DNA of 62,401 nucleotides, the filler included, from Choristocarpus tenellus KU-1152 (lineage: Eukaryota > Protista > Phaeophyceae): the NCBI GenBank assembly GCA_964200185.2. It is 12 parts of 12 records of this genome, joined end to end, with 100 filler letters (N's around TTAATTAATTAA, not from the genome) between each part and the next. Parts side by side here need not be neighbours in the genome. Positions count along the whole stretch, not along the records: positions 36,928 to 47,683 come from CAXNAD020002735.1; positions 47,784 to 51,504 come from CAXNAD020018305.1; 10 more parts are not named here. One strand, written 5' to 3'. Below are positions 36,928 to 50,810 of this stretch, in pieces (position 1 is the first letter of the stretch; every line of letters begins with the position of its first letter). The position numbers and the translations under genes are program-made. Below the pieces are notes generated by a model that was not told the origin of the DNA, did not search any database, and worked only from the letters and a program-made list of their open reading frames with translations.

Positions 36928-39560
36928 ACAGACCGTGGAGCCCTCCTTGCCCTAGCGCCCCGCCCCCCCTCCCCCCCTCCCCTCCCTCCCCCCCTCCCCC
37001 TCCCCCTGCCTCTCCCCCTAGACACCCCCGACATTGCACCAGCTTGCCCAAGTATTGCAGCCCAGTTTGGAGAAAGACCCCAACCACCCCCCTGCCCCTG
37101 AAGATTCCCAGGGCCAAACATGCCTGCACCTGTGGTGCCCTGGGCAGCCCTGAGGCGGGAATTTTGCCATCCTGCTGGAAGGGGGGCGGACGGTCCCCAG
37201 CCCCCCCAACCCTGCTGTACCCAAAGCAGAGAGAGAGAGAGAGAGAGAGTGTGTGTGTTGGGAGGAAGTTTCTCATAACGTTATTGTGGTGAGTCTCTGT
37301 TGTTAAACTCACTACGGCTTGGGATACATACGATTCTATCAACCCTCTTAAAAAATGATAACATACTACTAATAATATCAGTTTAAAAAAAAGTTAAATA
37401 AAGTGTCACACACGTGCAGACTGACAATCCAGCAGAAGAGAAATGCCCACATCTTAACCCTATCCCTAACCTCAAAAGGTAATTAGAACAGAAAAAAAAT
37501 GAATGAGTTGCCACTATAATCTATCTCACCACCCTGTGGCTAGCTTGGTGAAAGCTAGCATACCTCTAAGCCAAGGAGAGTCAAATACCATCAACTCAAT
37601 AAAGTCTTTGGGAACCTTCAAACCAGTCTTGTAACCACTTCGCTTCATCCCACTACAATCTGATGCTTCTGCTGGTGTCTCTTTTATTTATTTTTTACCA
37701 GCATAAAATGAGCGACAAGACAATTATTAACCTCTTTATTCTATGCAAAAGAGTAAAAAAAAATTGAAAAATAAAAGTAGTCACATTCATTATGTACAGA
37801 GTAAACTTCGAATTCACACATACATACATACATACATACATACTACTACTACTATTCCTACTAATACAATAGATTAGACACTTTATCTCCTCAGATATGA
37901 CCTGTGCAATGCACTACCTAACTACACCCATTATATAATTATTATGTAACTGTCAAGGTACCAACCAATCAAATGTATGTGCTACTCTTTTGCTACTCTC
38001 ATGCGGGACGAACCTTACAGGCCAGTTGATACTGTAGCATGTCTTGTACACTAACTAAACTACACAAAACACAACATAGCATTCAATACAGCATTAGCTA
38101 CAGTACACCAAAGCCGAACTTACCCTAACCCTAACCCTAACCCAAAGCCAAACTTCGCCATCGATACTTTACAAAAACCCAATAATTTTTGTACAAGGTT
38201 TGACCCACAGGACGTCGTTTGTATAGAAATAAATTCAAACTTAGCACAGTGGAAGTTATGGTAAGCGACAAGGGATAAAATAAAGCCCAATCAACCATGG
38301 ATACTTACGTGTCATGCACAAGAGTGAAACCGACACACTCCTAACAACTATACTATTAAAAACGATTAGAAAGAAAACATACATAGATAGGTTTGTCTTC
38401 TTTTTGTATGATACTTTACTGCTATAATACTACTATAATAACAATTAAAATAGTTAAAGAAAAAATACATTAAATATGTTGGGTTTTTTTTTCTTATATT
38501 TGAGTCAATCAGGGATCAGGCGTATTTTAAACAGGGATAAGACATAATTTATGCTACATAGATGCATCTTGCTGTTGGCTGGTGGGATGAAAGTATAGCA
38601 AATAATAATAAACACAATGTCTGCAATAATAACATTGCAATAACAATTTAATAAAATAAAACAAAGGACATGTACAACACTGTGTTAAGCAAATTGTACA
38701 TCCTTGACTTGGGAAGAGAAATAATAATAATAATAATAATCTTGACTAACTAAAGATTAAGAAAAGTCTTTCTCTACATTGAAAACCTTGTGAGCAATCA
38801 ACAATATAGAGCATTGTGATGGTATTCATTAGATAAAATAACCTAGAAGAGATCCCTATACACGCTCTCTAAGAATTAAGAATACACACATCCCCTTGGC
38901 ATGCACAGTATAGTACACCTACAGACAACACAATAAGAACAATAACACAAGCTGTAGACAAGCTGTAGACAATCTATCCAAAACCTAGGCATAAGAAAGA
39001 CATACTTGATTAATATGTACAAACCACTGGGAAAATCTTCCTACACAAAAGCATAACATTTTTACTATCATACACTAAATATATTTTTACTACCATATAC
39101 TTGATATATTTTTACTACCATACACTAAATATATTTTTACTACCATACACTAAATATATTTTTACTACCATATATTAAATATATTTGAAGAAACAACAAA
39201 AAAATGAACATTACTGCACAACAGCTATTGACAATGGATGTTGTGTATGGATGTACGGATGGACAGATTGATGAGTTACCCTGCATGCATTTCCAACAGC
39301 ACCATTCAGAAATAAAAAACTCACCCATCCCATCCCCACGCCCTGTCCACTTCCATCACGCCCATCAGCATCATTGCGTCCATCACGTCCATCACCATCA
39401 TCGTGTCCATTGCCATCAGCATCAACAGGAATGTTGTCGGGACTCACTCCTTGTCTACCGACCTCTTCCCACACCATCCCTTTCCCCTCTGACTGGTGTT
39501 GAAGGTGACCCGTCTCAGTAGATTCCACATTGTCTCCAGACACAGGTAACCCTAGCCCTA
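36928..39560 (-). CDS. Two putative exons (~39550-39325 and ~37211-<36928) encoding an acidic, then GW/WG- and RGG-rich low-complexity segment
   Basis: A GMGW|gtgagt donor and a (ct)n...cagcag acceptor join in phase 0 to give GMGW|GWGGWGPSAPLPAGWQ...GGGWG...RGRGRGRGRGGGRGG. The upstream acceptor is uncertain. Confidence 0.4.
38108..38155. repeat. Interstitial telomeric insert (CCCTAA)3 flanked by a 14-bp direct repeat
   Basis: ccaaagccgaactt|accctaaccctaaccctaac|ccaaagccaaactt. Confidence 0.85.
39058..39186. repeat. 25-bp minisatellite, ~5 copies
   Basis: Unit atatttttactaccatacactaaat. Confidence 0.9.
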
Positions 39561-40249
39561 GCACTAAACCCAAGTAGATTGCAAGGAGTTTATATGGAGG
39601 TAGAGGGCGGGGCAGGGTTGATCATCGTCAGGGGCACGATACAACAGAAGGTTTTCCTACGCTGAGACACTGATTTGTTCCTTTCAAACACTCCTCTCTC
39701 TCACAGTGTCCAAACACCTATCATGTACTGGAACATGATGCAATTATTATAAATATTATTATTACTATTATTATTATTATTAATAGTGTATAAAGCGTTG
39801 GATCTGCAACGATGAGCTTTTCCCCACAACAGGTAAACAACACACTTGAATATAACACGGAATAACCGACACCATCACTAGACTTTCAACTGTCAACCCT
39901 TAGAAGCACAATATAAAAATAATAAAACAGCACATCCTATACTGCTTAGTGCTTATGTACATATGTCTATGTCTATGGGTGAGGGTGTTTGTGTTACAAA
40001 CCAATGACTGCACCATAATAAATAAAAAGTAATTGATACTAATCATGATGGTATGTATGTATGTATCATGTTACAAAAGCACCATGTTGCAAGAGGGGCA
40101 TACAACAATAAACTTGGCAATCATGTGTTGTACAAGTCAAATCGAGAAATAGAATGGGGGGCAAAGAGGTGAAGTGGTGGGAGGGGCAAAGGAGACAGAA
40201 ATGTGTTGGCCCATGTTATGTACGGCCTGTATTAAGGCAATACAAGCAA

Positions 40250-40294
<45 letters not shown>

Positions 40295-40395
40295 TACACA
40301 TACATATATACATTATACATATATACACATACATATATACATTATACATATATACACATACATATATATACATATATACACATATACACATACAT
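40250..40395. repeat. (TA)n/(CA)n compound microsatellite
   Basis: Directly visible. It produces the spurious YI-rich ORFs in the track. Confidence 0.95.
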
Positions 40396-41377
40396 GTACG
40401 TGAATCTAGGAAGAAGTAGTTTGTGTACTTTGAAGTATACCTACATATTACCCATTAAAAAAAAATACACAAGTAGATATGCATGTATGGATGAAGAAAT
40501 ATATGTTCTCAGGATGAGGTTGAGATGTATTCAGAAAAAAACAAGAATATCCAGTTATGGTAAATCCAGGAGATAAAAGTAAAATGAGTACGGGCTCGGA
40601 AGGGTAATAGTGTGAAAACATCAGCGCCAGTGTAGGAAGCATCTACTTCCAAAACAACTGATTGACGATCGATGATTGATTTGATTGCTCTTGCATAGGT
40701 TAGTTAGATATTGTTCAACATGCACGAAGAGGTACTATGGTGATATCAAGTAGAGACAGTAGAAAAAAATACATACATAGTATGTGCGATAGGTTCAGAT
40801 TAGTCAAATGCAACAGGTAAACGAGAAAATAAAATGTAAAAAAAAGAAAAAGCGATACATACAGTGGAAGATTAAATAATACCACTGCTGACATACATGT
40901 ATATATACATGCATCTTTTTTCAGAGAGAGGCAGGAACATTACACTAGTGACATTTCAGGAGAGATGTAAATATATATAAATATATTAATACTTCAAAAC
41001 AGGGTAGTACCACCATAACCCTAAAAAGATCACTTGCAGACAAGTCTGGTCACAAAAGGTTTCCATGCCTCTACATCCACCAGCTGAAAAAAAAAGAACA
41101 TAACCGGCCGGCTGATTATAACAGACGTATAATAACAACTATATTATAACAAACATATAATATAATACCAATTATATATGATATTATTGTGCCCTCTGAC
41201 ATTTTGCAGATGTCTCAGGGGAAGAACCAATGAAAAGTCACTTAAATATCAGAACAATATATCAAAAAGTAACAGTTGCCGTAAATGTGAAAAAGACATC
41301 TTTCTCTCATCTATTTACTATTTTACTACCAGCCATACCACAGCACTCCCCTCCTATGCCTCCAACTTAGCTTAGCC

Positions 41378-41660
41378 CTACACCCCCAGGCGAGGAGCTA
41401 GGGAAGCATCCCAAGAATCTGACAAGCCCCTCCTTGCATATCTCCTTGGTGCCTCCAGCAAAAAACGAATGACACATCTTGAGAGAGCTAATTGTGTAGT
41501 GACTGACACTATCTGTTGTAAATGAGATTTGACAACTCCTTTCCCGCTGTAGCCTCCCACCCCTCTCCTCCCTACCACATGCATAGCCAACTCATCCAGA
41601 AAACGTTCTGCTTGCTTACTGAGGCGCCCAAAACTTTCCACCACGAAGGCGTTGAGGTTA
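41378..41660 (-). mobile_element. Non-LTR retrotransposon 3' fragment (REL-endonuclease tail); more decayed sequence probably extends to ~42400
   Basis: FVVESFGRLSKQAERFLDELA...KSHLQQIVSVTTQLALSR resembles the ExxG motif at the end of CRE/R2-type REL domains. Confidence 0.6.
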
Positions 41661-43855
41661 TAACTATGTTACAACAAATTAACAATACCGAGTAGATTAT
41701 ATCAAGAGCATAATATCAATTATATTTTTTAAGAGTATAATATTGATTCAAACAAATTTATAACGCCGATTATATTACAACGTACAATATTGATTATTTC
41801 TCAGGATAAAACAAATCGATTCATTCTTAACAGGAAAATTGTATCCCTTTCCCAGCATACAAAATACCATTTCACAGCATCACAACTAGTGCTACAGATG
41901 CCCCCACCTCTCTAGAGAGTACTCCCTCCCAGCCCTTCTCACTGGCTGCTACCTTTGACAGCAGTTTTCCCAGTACATTTTTGCTTTCCCTCAATGCTAT
42001 TCTCACCTTTGCCTCCAACCACAGCACCGTCATTGATAGCATTGTCCTCACCTCCACTAGCCCTGCCGTTATGTGCATACCCTTGTCCAGCATGTATGTT
42101 ACGTAACTCCACTGTTAGTGGCAGACCAGTTGTGCTCTGGAACAAAGGTGCCCCCAAGAAACGGCTTCTTAGGGTTTAAAAGTTGGGGCGAGTTTAGGCT
42201 GCCTTCATAGGTCTACCTGTATAGGAACCTTTAGTTGCAGACATTGGCAGTGTAATGAATGGGTCATTTTGAGGGAACTATTCAATGATGTTCCCCCTGC
42301 ATCCCTTACCAGTCCAGTTGGAATGAAACGACATAAAAGCTCGACTCCAACCCTGGATATACCCTCGCACAGCATCCTCCCCACTCGAACCAATTCCATC
42401 TCCACCAACGAGATAAGTCTACACCCAGACTAGTACAAGTCGAAAAACGGATATTTTGAGTGTTTGCCAAGGTTTCAGTGAAGCGAACTGTGGACTAGCC
42501 TGCCTGTTGGTGTTGATGAACGACCTAGGAAATAAGGTTTGCCCACGCTTTTAGCGACCAAGAAGTCACCAAGTAAGCTGCCAACTCGGTCACCGACAGA
42601 CACTGAACAAAAAAACACGCACCGCTTAGACCTTAGCTATTCAAATTGGCACCTCGGAATAAAATAGGTCAATGTTCAGCGACTGATCGCACTCCTTCGA
42701 CGCCAGCCTTTGAAGACACCCAGAAACCAAAACAACCGTGGTACGAGGACCCAAGAGGACGGTGCAAGGCGGCTATATGACCACTACGGGAGGGTGAGAA
42801 TATTTTGCAACATAGAAGAAGTTGGAGTCTGCGCAAATAACTCAAGCCCGGTTCAAAAAACCTCAAGGAAGACAAAAACATTACAAGTGGGAATACACTG
42901 TTGTGACTTTTCAATAGATTCGTGAAACAGTTCAAACACAAAAACACGAGACAAGAGAAATGCCACAAGTTCCCAAGAGAAGATCGAAGTACATACCATT
43001 GTTCCCCTCTGGCTATCGAAATATCAATTCCCAACTTTGGATTGAGTACTGAACTATACCGTAACGGGTCACCCCTAAAACTTGCTCTGATGTGGAATTT
43101 CCTCTTTATGCAGCAGATCCTTCATCTCCGTCGACTTTACCTGTTGCTCAACATCATCATCTTCATCCGGTTCCGCCTCCTCCAGATTTCTCTCCATTAT
43201 GATCTTTGCAGAGTATAAGTTGGACCCTGAAGTCCCATTTGACCTTGTTAAAGTTATAGATCCTTTCACACTTGACCCACAAATCCCAATCCATTGTTTG
43301 CAAACCCCTTGGCATTTGAGATATTTTTTTGACCAGTCCTGAACTTCAACGACTAGATCAGTCACCCTCAAATTGTTGAGATGCTGAAACTGGGGGAATC
43401 CTACCTTCCCACCCTTTTGCCATCAGATAATTTGGGTGACGTTCTATATTATTGTTTCGCCAAGGGTTATCCTCCTTGCTCTGTGGCGATCTACCGCCTT
43501 GTCAGGCCATCTAATCACAACTAAGGAGTATCCATTTGCGGTAGGAAGTGTACCACTCTGCTGCACCACAACTCCCTTCGATACTCTCACTTGCTCATGC
43601 ACATGCAAGCTATGTGTCTATCACCTCCTGTCTAGTTCTCTATTACTGCAAGCGAACCCATAATGTAGCCCCAAAATCTAAGTCGTCACCAAAAGTCCCT
43701 TTACCCCGTAACCCATGTTCACTGGCAAAGGTTGCGAGTGAAGATATCGTCCTCAAGAAGAAGGCAGAATCGAAAACATCCAATCGTTTGATCGGCTTAC
43801 GCCCCCACCTTCTATTTTGTGTGTCCCTAGGGGTGGACATCTTCTGCGCTCAAGG

Positions 43856-46205
43856 ATGGACAGTTGCAACAAGTACATGCACGAAATATCTTCAGAATCA
43901 TCATGGAAGGATAGCGACAGTGACTGCAGTATTGAAAGTGAAATTGAAATTGGTTCTAAAAGTGATACTGAGACCAGCTCTGATTCCGACATTGACCATG
44001 AGGCTAAGATCTGTGAAATGTGTGAGTATGTTATTCTCTACTCTGGCATGCGTAGTTTTGAGCTCCTTCGCGTTCCAGCCACAAAGCTCCCACTCCATCC
44101 AGAGAATTGTATTTCCTGCCTCTCTTTTTCCCCTAAGGCTAAAATTTTCTGCATTAGAACTGTCTTTGCATTCCACTCTCTCCTTCTCGTCTCCACCATA
44201 GCACCCTTGCCCTCATGATACCGATCATGCTGTTTGACCTGACCCTCTACTTCCCTTTCCACGCCCTCCTTCCAATTCAGGTGAGATATCGAGGTTATCT
44301 GTTCTCTCCAGTCCAAATCGTCAATTTTTCCAACATGCCATCAAGTTGAGCACTACTGGTTGTCAGGCCTTGGGAGTGGTGGCTGATTTAAACTGGATCC
44401 AAGCCTCAGAAGTCACAGAGCTGTGCATGACTTGCCTGGATCTCTGTAGGCACAGGCGAGAGAAGCAATCCCTTCATTTATCGATTGATTGCAGTACACC
44501 AACCAGTCTGTGGACGTGGTGGTCAAGGGTTCAACAAGGCTACCAAGCTTTCCATGGCCTGCTGCCCCTGCCAGTGACTCATATCACATGGGGAATGCCT
44601 GTAGAGGACCTGGTCCTCAGATTATATGCCTGGCCGGCGACTCTCAGGCGTTTGACCTTTAGGTCATGGTTTAATGACTGCCTCCACCTTCCGCTGGAGT
44701 TGAAGGAGCGGTTGACGCCTGACTCACCAGGGTGGAGCCATGCTGCAGCAGGACAGGTGGTGTGGCCAGAACATTTGGAGGAGATAACTTTTGGGCAATG
44801 CTTCAATCAAAGGCTGGATGGAATTGTGTGGCCTCAGAGCTTGAAGAGGATGGCCCTAGGGAAGGACTTCAACCAGCAGTTGGATTTAATTGCTTGGCCA
44901 CAGGGGTTGAAGCATCTAGTGTTGGGTGGTACTTTCAACCATCGAGTTGCTGGGGTGCAGTGGCCATCAGAGCTGGAAGTTCTGGTGTTTGGGTATGCTT
45001 TCAATCAACCTCTTGATAGGGTGGTGTGGCCAAAGGCTCTACAGCACTTAACTTTTGGGGATGCCTTCAACATGCCTATCGATAAGATGACTTGGCCACA
45101 GCAGCTGAAAGTGCTCAAGTTTGGGGAGAGGTTTGACCAACCTTTGCATGGCGTTAAGTGGCCGAAGACACTAGAGGAGTTGATCTTTGGGGATGACTTT
45201 GATCAGTCGGTGGACTCCGTGATATGGCCGCAGGCTCTGAATATGTTGACATTCGGAGAGATGTTTGACCAGAGAGTGGACACAGTGGTTTGGCCCCAGG
45301 GGCTGAAACACTTGACGTTTGGGGAGTCATTTAACCATCCAATACACAGGGTTAAGTGGCCGCATAGAATGCATCTACTTTCATTGGGAGATATGTTCAA
45401 CCAGCCAATTGACTCTCTTGTGTGGCCACTGGAGCTGGAGAAGCTTCTGTTTGGGGACGAGTTTAATCAGCCAATAGACAGTGTGACATGGCCACAAGGC
45501 CTAGCACTGCTGTCATTTGCAGAAGAGTTCAACCAGTCAATAGACAGAGTGATTTGGCCTAAGAGTCTGCGACAACTGTTCTTTGGTAACGAATTCAACC
45601 AACCAGTACATTCTGTGAACTGGCCAGAAGACTTGGAGGAGATTGTCTTCGAGGGCGAATTCAACCACCCTGTAGACAGGGTCGTGTGGCCCCGTGGGCT
45701 CATGCAGCTCTCGTTTGGGTTCAAGTTCAATCAGCCACTGAATAAGGTAGCGTGGCCAAAACGTCTGGAACGATTGACATTCGATGGCTCTTTTGGAACA
45801 CAAGGCGGTACAGTGGTGTGGCCACAGTCACTCAAGCAGCTTGAGTTCGGTTATCGCTTCAATGAAACACTGAGAGGGATCTTATGGCCAAGTGGCCTCG
45901 AGGAGCTGACACTTGGTCCACACTTCAACAAGCCACTGCTGCGTGTGAAGTGGCCCCCCTTGCTCAAACGGCTGACCTTTGGTGACGAGTTCAACCAGAA
46001 TGTGGTTGGGGTTGTGTGGCCCAAAGGGTTGAAGGAGCTGACGTTTGGAAATGAGTTTGATAGGCCCGTGGAGGAGGTGGTGTGGCCTGATGGGCTGAGA
46101 GTACTCAAGTTTGGAGAGCTTATTATCCGAGATCCCCCAAACACAGGGTTGAAGTTGCCACGGGGGTTCAAAGCACTGGGGATGCCCAAGACATTTTTAG
46201 TGTAG
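43856..46205 (+). CDS. FNIP-repeat (22-aa LRR-like) protein, ~22 repeats, with an acidic Ser-rich first exon and a possible degenerate F-box-like segment
   Basis: Intact 619-aa ORF 44346-46205 with 21 contiguous xxWPxxLxxLxFGxxFNQxxxx units plus one upstream unit. A phase-1 intron 44022-44280 (gtgagt...ttcag) joins exon 43856-44021 in frame. The true start may lie further upstream. Confidence 0.9.
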
Positions 46206-48820
46206 TTGAGTGCCTTCCGGGGTAGCACTGAGGGTCGGCATGGACGCAACATGCACAGACTGGGGTAGTTGTGAGTTGCCAAGCTTCAAAATAGGTACTA
46301 CTGAGGTTATTCTGGCATTGAAGAGAAGTTGCCTTGCTGTATAGTATATGTGTAATCATAGTATGGAGGAGTTAGAATAAGAGCATACGTGTGTTCTGCT
46401 GCAAGGCAACTCCGTCTATGTTTCAGTGGAGATGGCCAGATATGTGGCAAAGGTTGTTCGTAGGATGTAGAAATCAAGCAAGAAAAGTGCCCCATCTTTT
46501 GATGAATCGGAGATATGGCACAAAGAGGAGCATTGAGACCAATGGAAATGGCCTAACTGGATGTCACACTAACTGAGACAAAAGTATGTACATAGTAGTA
46601 GTAGCAATAGTAGTCGGTCAACTGTGATCTATCTACCTTGGAGTCTAAGTAAACGAAGGTCATTTTGGTTTTGCATTTTTAGTCAGTTTTGCGATCTTTT
46701 GCGATTCACCGATATTTCTATGGGTGAATTCTAAGTTTGACTTGAGAGGGTTTATTTGTCTATTGTTTAAAAGATTTCGACATAATTCGAAAAATATCCT
46801 ACGCATTTTTTTGAAAAATAAACAGATTTTGGAAACATTTACCAACATGCTTAACATGCAAATCTGAGTACCTCGTTTGCTTTGACTCCCTATCCCTTCC
46901 AATATCTTCTTACATCAATCTCAGGGCAATCCAACCCACCTCCTGGAAAATTTGCCAATTCTGAAGTACTACATTGTTCTCTACAGTATATGCTATTGGT
47001 CGGTTCTGCTTCTTTTTTTTTGTAGATAACTCAACACAAAGATGAGTATTAGTTACAGGGATGGAAGATGGTGGCAGTGATTGGCGGCACCAGTTTTCAC
47101 GATTTTGAAGATGACCATTAGACGAGGGTATCCTGTTGAAAATGAGAACTGGTGGAAACGTGTGCCTCTAGGTGGAGATTGAAATGGAATACCAAGGTGG
47201 AACGATTTTTTGTATGATCGAGGGTTTGGTTTTGCAGGAGAGGGTGGGGGGAGGAACAGACTGGTCAGTACAGTCCAACTACAATGATTGTATAAGAGGC
47301 ATATTATATCATAAGGGCAAGTGAATGGAAGCACCAGACAGGACACAACAAGAGTTGCCTTCATTTTCAGAAAAGCATCACAGTGAAGGAGTGACAACTC
47401 TCCATAGATATTAGTGTTCACCCAAACAGAAGAGATAGATCCACCTATTATCAATAATATTCAACAAGGCAATGCCAATGCATGGTGGATCATGGTGAAA
47501 TTATCGCATCCATCTTCCAAAACATCGGTACTACTATATCGCAGTAGTAGTAGTAGTAGTAGTAGTGGCGGTGGTGGTGATGGTGGAGTTTCAATGTGCT
47601 GTACACTCTGAAAAAAACTTAAGCCACCCCTGCTTGTATTTTGGCTCGAAGTATCTGGGAGGGGGTGGCGGCTGTCCATTTGGNNNNNNNNNNNNNNNNN
47701 NNNNNNNNNNNNNNNNNNNNNNNNNNNTTAATTAATTAANNNNNNNNNNNNNNNNNNNNNNNNNNNNNNNNNNNNNNNNNNNNCACTCCGCTAATAAATA
47801 AATCCATACAACTTAAAGCAAAAACTCTATTGGAAGAGTTCTCTTTTGCATACGTACAGTGTCAATGCAGAATTCGACACAATGGCTGCGGAAGCCCCTC
47901 TGTCGAAGGACATGCTGGATATCGTGGTGCAGTCGCTAATTTTGGCTTCAAGTTTCACAGAAGTCGGAGGCTGAGGTTGGGCAGAGCATACACGCTAGTG
48001 ATTGCCATGTGTCGAGAGGGGGACTCGTATTTGATCGAGTGGACTGGTCAATCACCGGTGAACAAGAAATCAAAGGGGGTTCGTGACTACGACGGAAAGC
48101 GTGTATTCTTGACCAAGCTCGACGACGAGGGCTAGCTGACTGGCAACTGTCTGATGAACTTTTAGGCTTAACAGTGGAGCTACAATAACAATGAAGAGTT
48201 TAGGGTTACACACAGACAGATGAGACATGGAGGATCACGACTCTTCTTCTCCTGTGAAAAAACTCGTCCTGGAAGAGTAGTATCAGCCCTCCAAGCCATA
48301 TACCGGACGATGGATGGACGGATGTGTAAGTAACTTGATTATAGTGAGGAAAATCGCCCTCTTGCCCATCGCATCACAACCAACTCCAACCTATCTAATA
48401 ATGTTAGGAGTGATTCGAGGGCCATAACAAGCTTTATTTCGACGAAAAACTCGACTCCGATCAAAAGTTAGAGCAGGACAAATTCTGTCCTAGAGGCGAC
48501 AGCCAACACCGTAGAGGAAAAATGCCCCTGAAATTAGCAGGAAATATTGTGTGTATGTACACAGCACAAGAGCAAAAAGATCACTCCGATGTATAGTGTA
48601 TAACCTTGAAATATACAGATGCGTACCTGCACTGCGTTACTGTAAAGTAAACTGTAGAAAGCATACGTACTAGGAGTTAATATCAAGTCTGGTCGAAATG
48701 AAGATACTAATATACTACCCCCCCATGTATCCCTGCACACATTCTCCATCAGCCTTCTATACACTGAATCAAATCTGCCAACCAAGACCTCATCTGCACC
48801 ACCTCTTGACCGTACTTCAC

Positions 48821-50220
48821 CTTCCCACATGGTGTATTGGCATGTCCCCTCTTCCCTACGTAGCCCTCTGAGCACTCTCCGCATACATCAGCCTCCAGCC
48901 AGCATGGGTCTCGGTTTAGTTCCCCACAATGCATGGAGCAGGTCACCCCCCCTTCAGCCAGCTCCGGGACCGGGGTATGTGTATTGACATGTTGGAGAAT
49001 GTGAACATAGCCGTAGAGTCTGCCATCCCGAACATGGACACGGCAGAGTTGTCCACAAAGTGTGTGTGTCCACTAGTTTTGATCATCATTTTTCTTACAT
49101 CTATCCGCTTTGGGTAGGTTTTTTAGGGTTAAACAAAAAAGGAGGAGCACGTCTCACATGCACAGGAGAGCTTTGAGTCGCGGAGTACTGCACTTCGTGT
49201 TCACAAGAATACATTGACCCAATGAAGGGGTGCCTATTATTAGGAAAGGGTTTTTGGACCGGCCAATTCCTCTGTTGAGGCCTGCGATCTGAACAAGAAT
49301 GATGGGGCATTGTGGTGTCTTCTGGTGACACACATTTCTTCATCTTCCTGGCGAGCTCTGCTGCGACTCTGCTGGATGGACTCTGGCTAGACAGACTTCT
49401 CTGGGGCTCCCATCCCCCATCTCCTCTCGGATGTATACTTGTATATTGCAAAGAGGCATATGCTCCTATAAGAAAAAAACATGATGATCTGTTTGGATGC
49501 GATCACAATTTCGCCCGCCAAGCAGTACTGTTCTTCCTATGGTCAGTGAAGGATAACTGCAGTACCCTGATACCCAAGAGGACCTAATAAGTTGCCACAC
49601 TGCTAAAACTACTGCAAAAGTATGCAAAATTATATAGCATGTGTGTGTGAGTGTCTTGTGGACCCCCACCTCCCTTGTGGCACATGGTATACACAAGGTG
49701 GAAAGCATAGAACTCACCCCTTCGACCCTGCAGTCTCGGCAAACACGCACACATCGTACATCTGCAGTGTCTTGAGGCCATCCACCCTAACCTCGAGGTC
49801 CACACTACTCGTAGAAACCAATGTGTTCATAACCCCCCTTCCAGACTCCCTATTCTCCTCATCCCCTGCTTTCCCTACCCGCCTGTCCCCCTCCACATCT
49901 CCCGAAGCTAGAACCACTCCACTTGCCACTAGGCCAAGGGTGGAATTCAGGGCCGCCGGTCCCATCGTCCCGCTTGTGTTATGACAACCCATCTCTGAGC
50001 TGTCTGTCTCTCCCTGCTGTCCTGCCGAGAACACAGCATAGTGCACTGCACCGGTGTGCTCCAGAGAGGCATGTATCTCAATGGCCTCAGATGAAGCATC
50101 CGCGGCTGCAGCCCAAAGCCCGAGAAAGAGAGGAGGGAGAGGGTGGGTTGTGACAACAAGAGGCTCGGGCTGTGGGCGATAGACCCCGTTAGAGTCAAGT
50201 GCTTCTGTTGCGTAAAAGAT
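48821..50220 (-). CDS. Internal exons of a probable extracellular protein (FN3-like modules plus a Cys-rich EGF-like motif)
   Basis: Exons 50220-49718 and 49019-48821 join in phase 2. The module end is repeated (YATEALDSNGVY...VTTHP / FAETAGSKG|LYG...VNTHTP), followed by CGELNRDPCWLEADVCGECSEGYVGKRGHANTPC. Confidence 0.65.
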
Positions 50221-50810
50221 CTTGCAGTGGAGTAGGAGGCAGGGGAAGGGAAAGGGTCATGTGTGTTAGCGTGTATGTAGGTATGGATGCTTTATTATGC
50301 AAAATTGGAGCATAGCAGCAGGTGTTTTGAACCAAAGGTTCGGGTTTATTTGGCAAGTCGATCGGTACCAATCCCCAGAAATGTACATTTCGGGCTATGT
50401 GACAACAAGCCGACTAATCGTACAGTAAGCATGCTCTGTGTTGAATTGGACCACACCCTATTTGTGGATTGCTGGCGTGAGGGTCAAGAATATCTCGTTC
50501 ACTTGGCTCATTATATAACATTCTGTTACCATTCTATTGGTGCATAGCTGTTTCTTTGACAATGATATATAGAAGACACTATAAGATGTGTTGTCCACAA
50601 AAAAATAACTTGTGCCCTGCATTCCTGTGTTTGTTTTCGAGCAACATACATGTATATTAGCACAAGGTTCTTCTATCCTTGGGTAGAGTACCTGGACCAG
50701 ACCTTAGCAAGTATTAAGTAGGTTATCCCTCCCTTGATATGGGAGCAATTTGCATGGAGTGAGGATGCAAGGCAAGTTGAAGTTCGATGACTGGCAGTAG
50801 TTTATGTTTG

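Noticed and set aside
35130-46205. Physical cluster of the two FNIP loci
   Set aside because: They are on different contigs separated by an artificial linker at 36828-36927, so linkage cannot be inferred.
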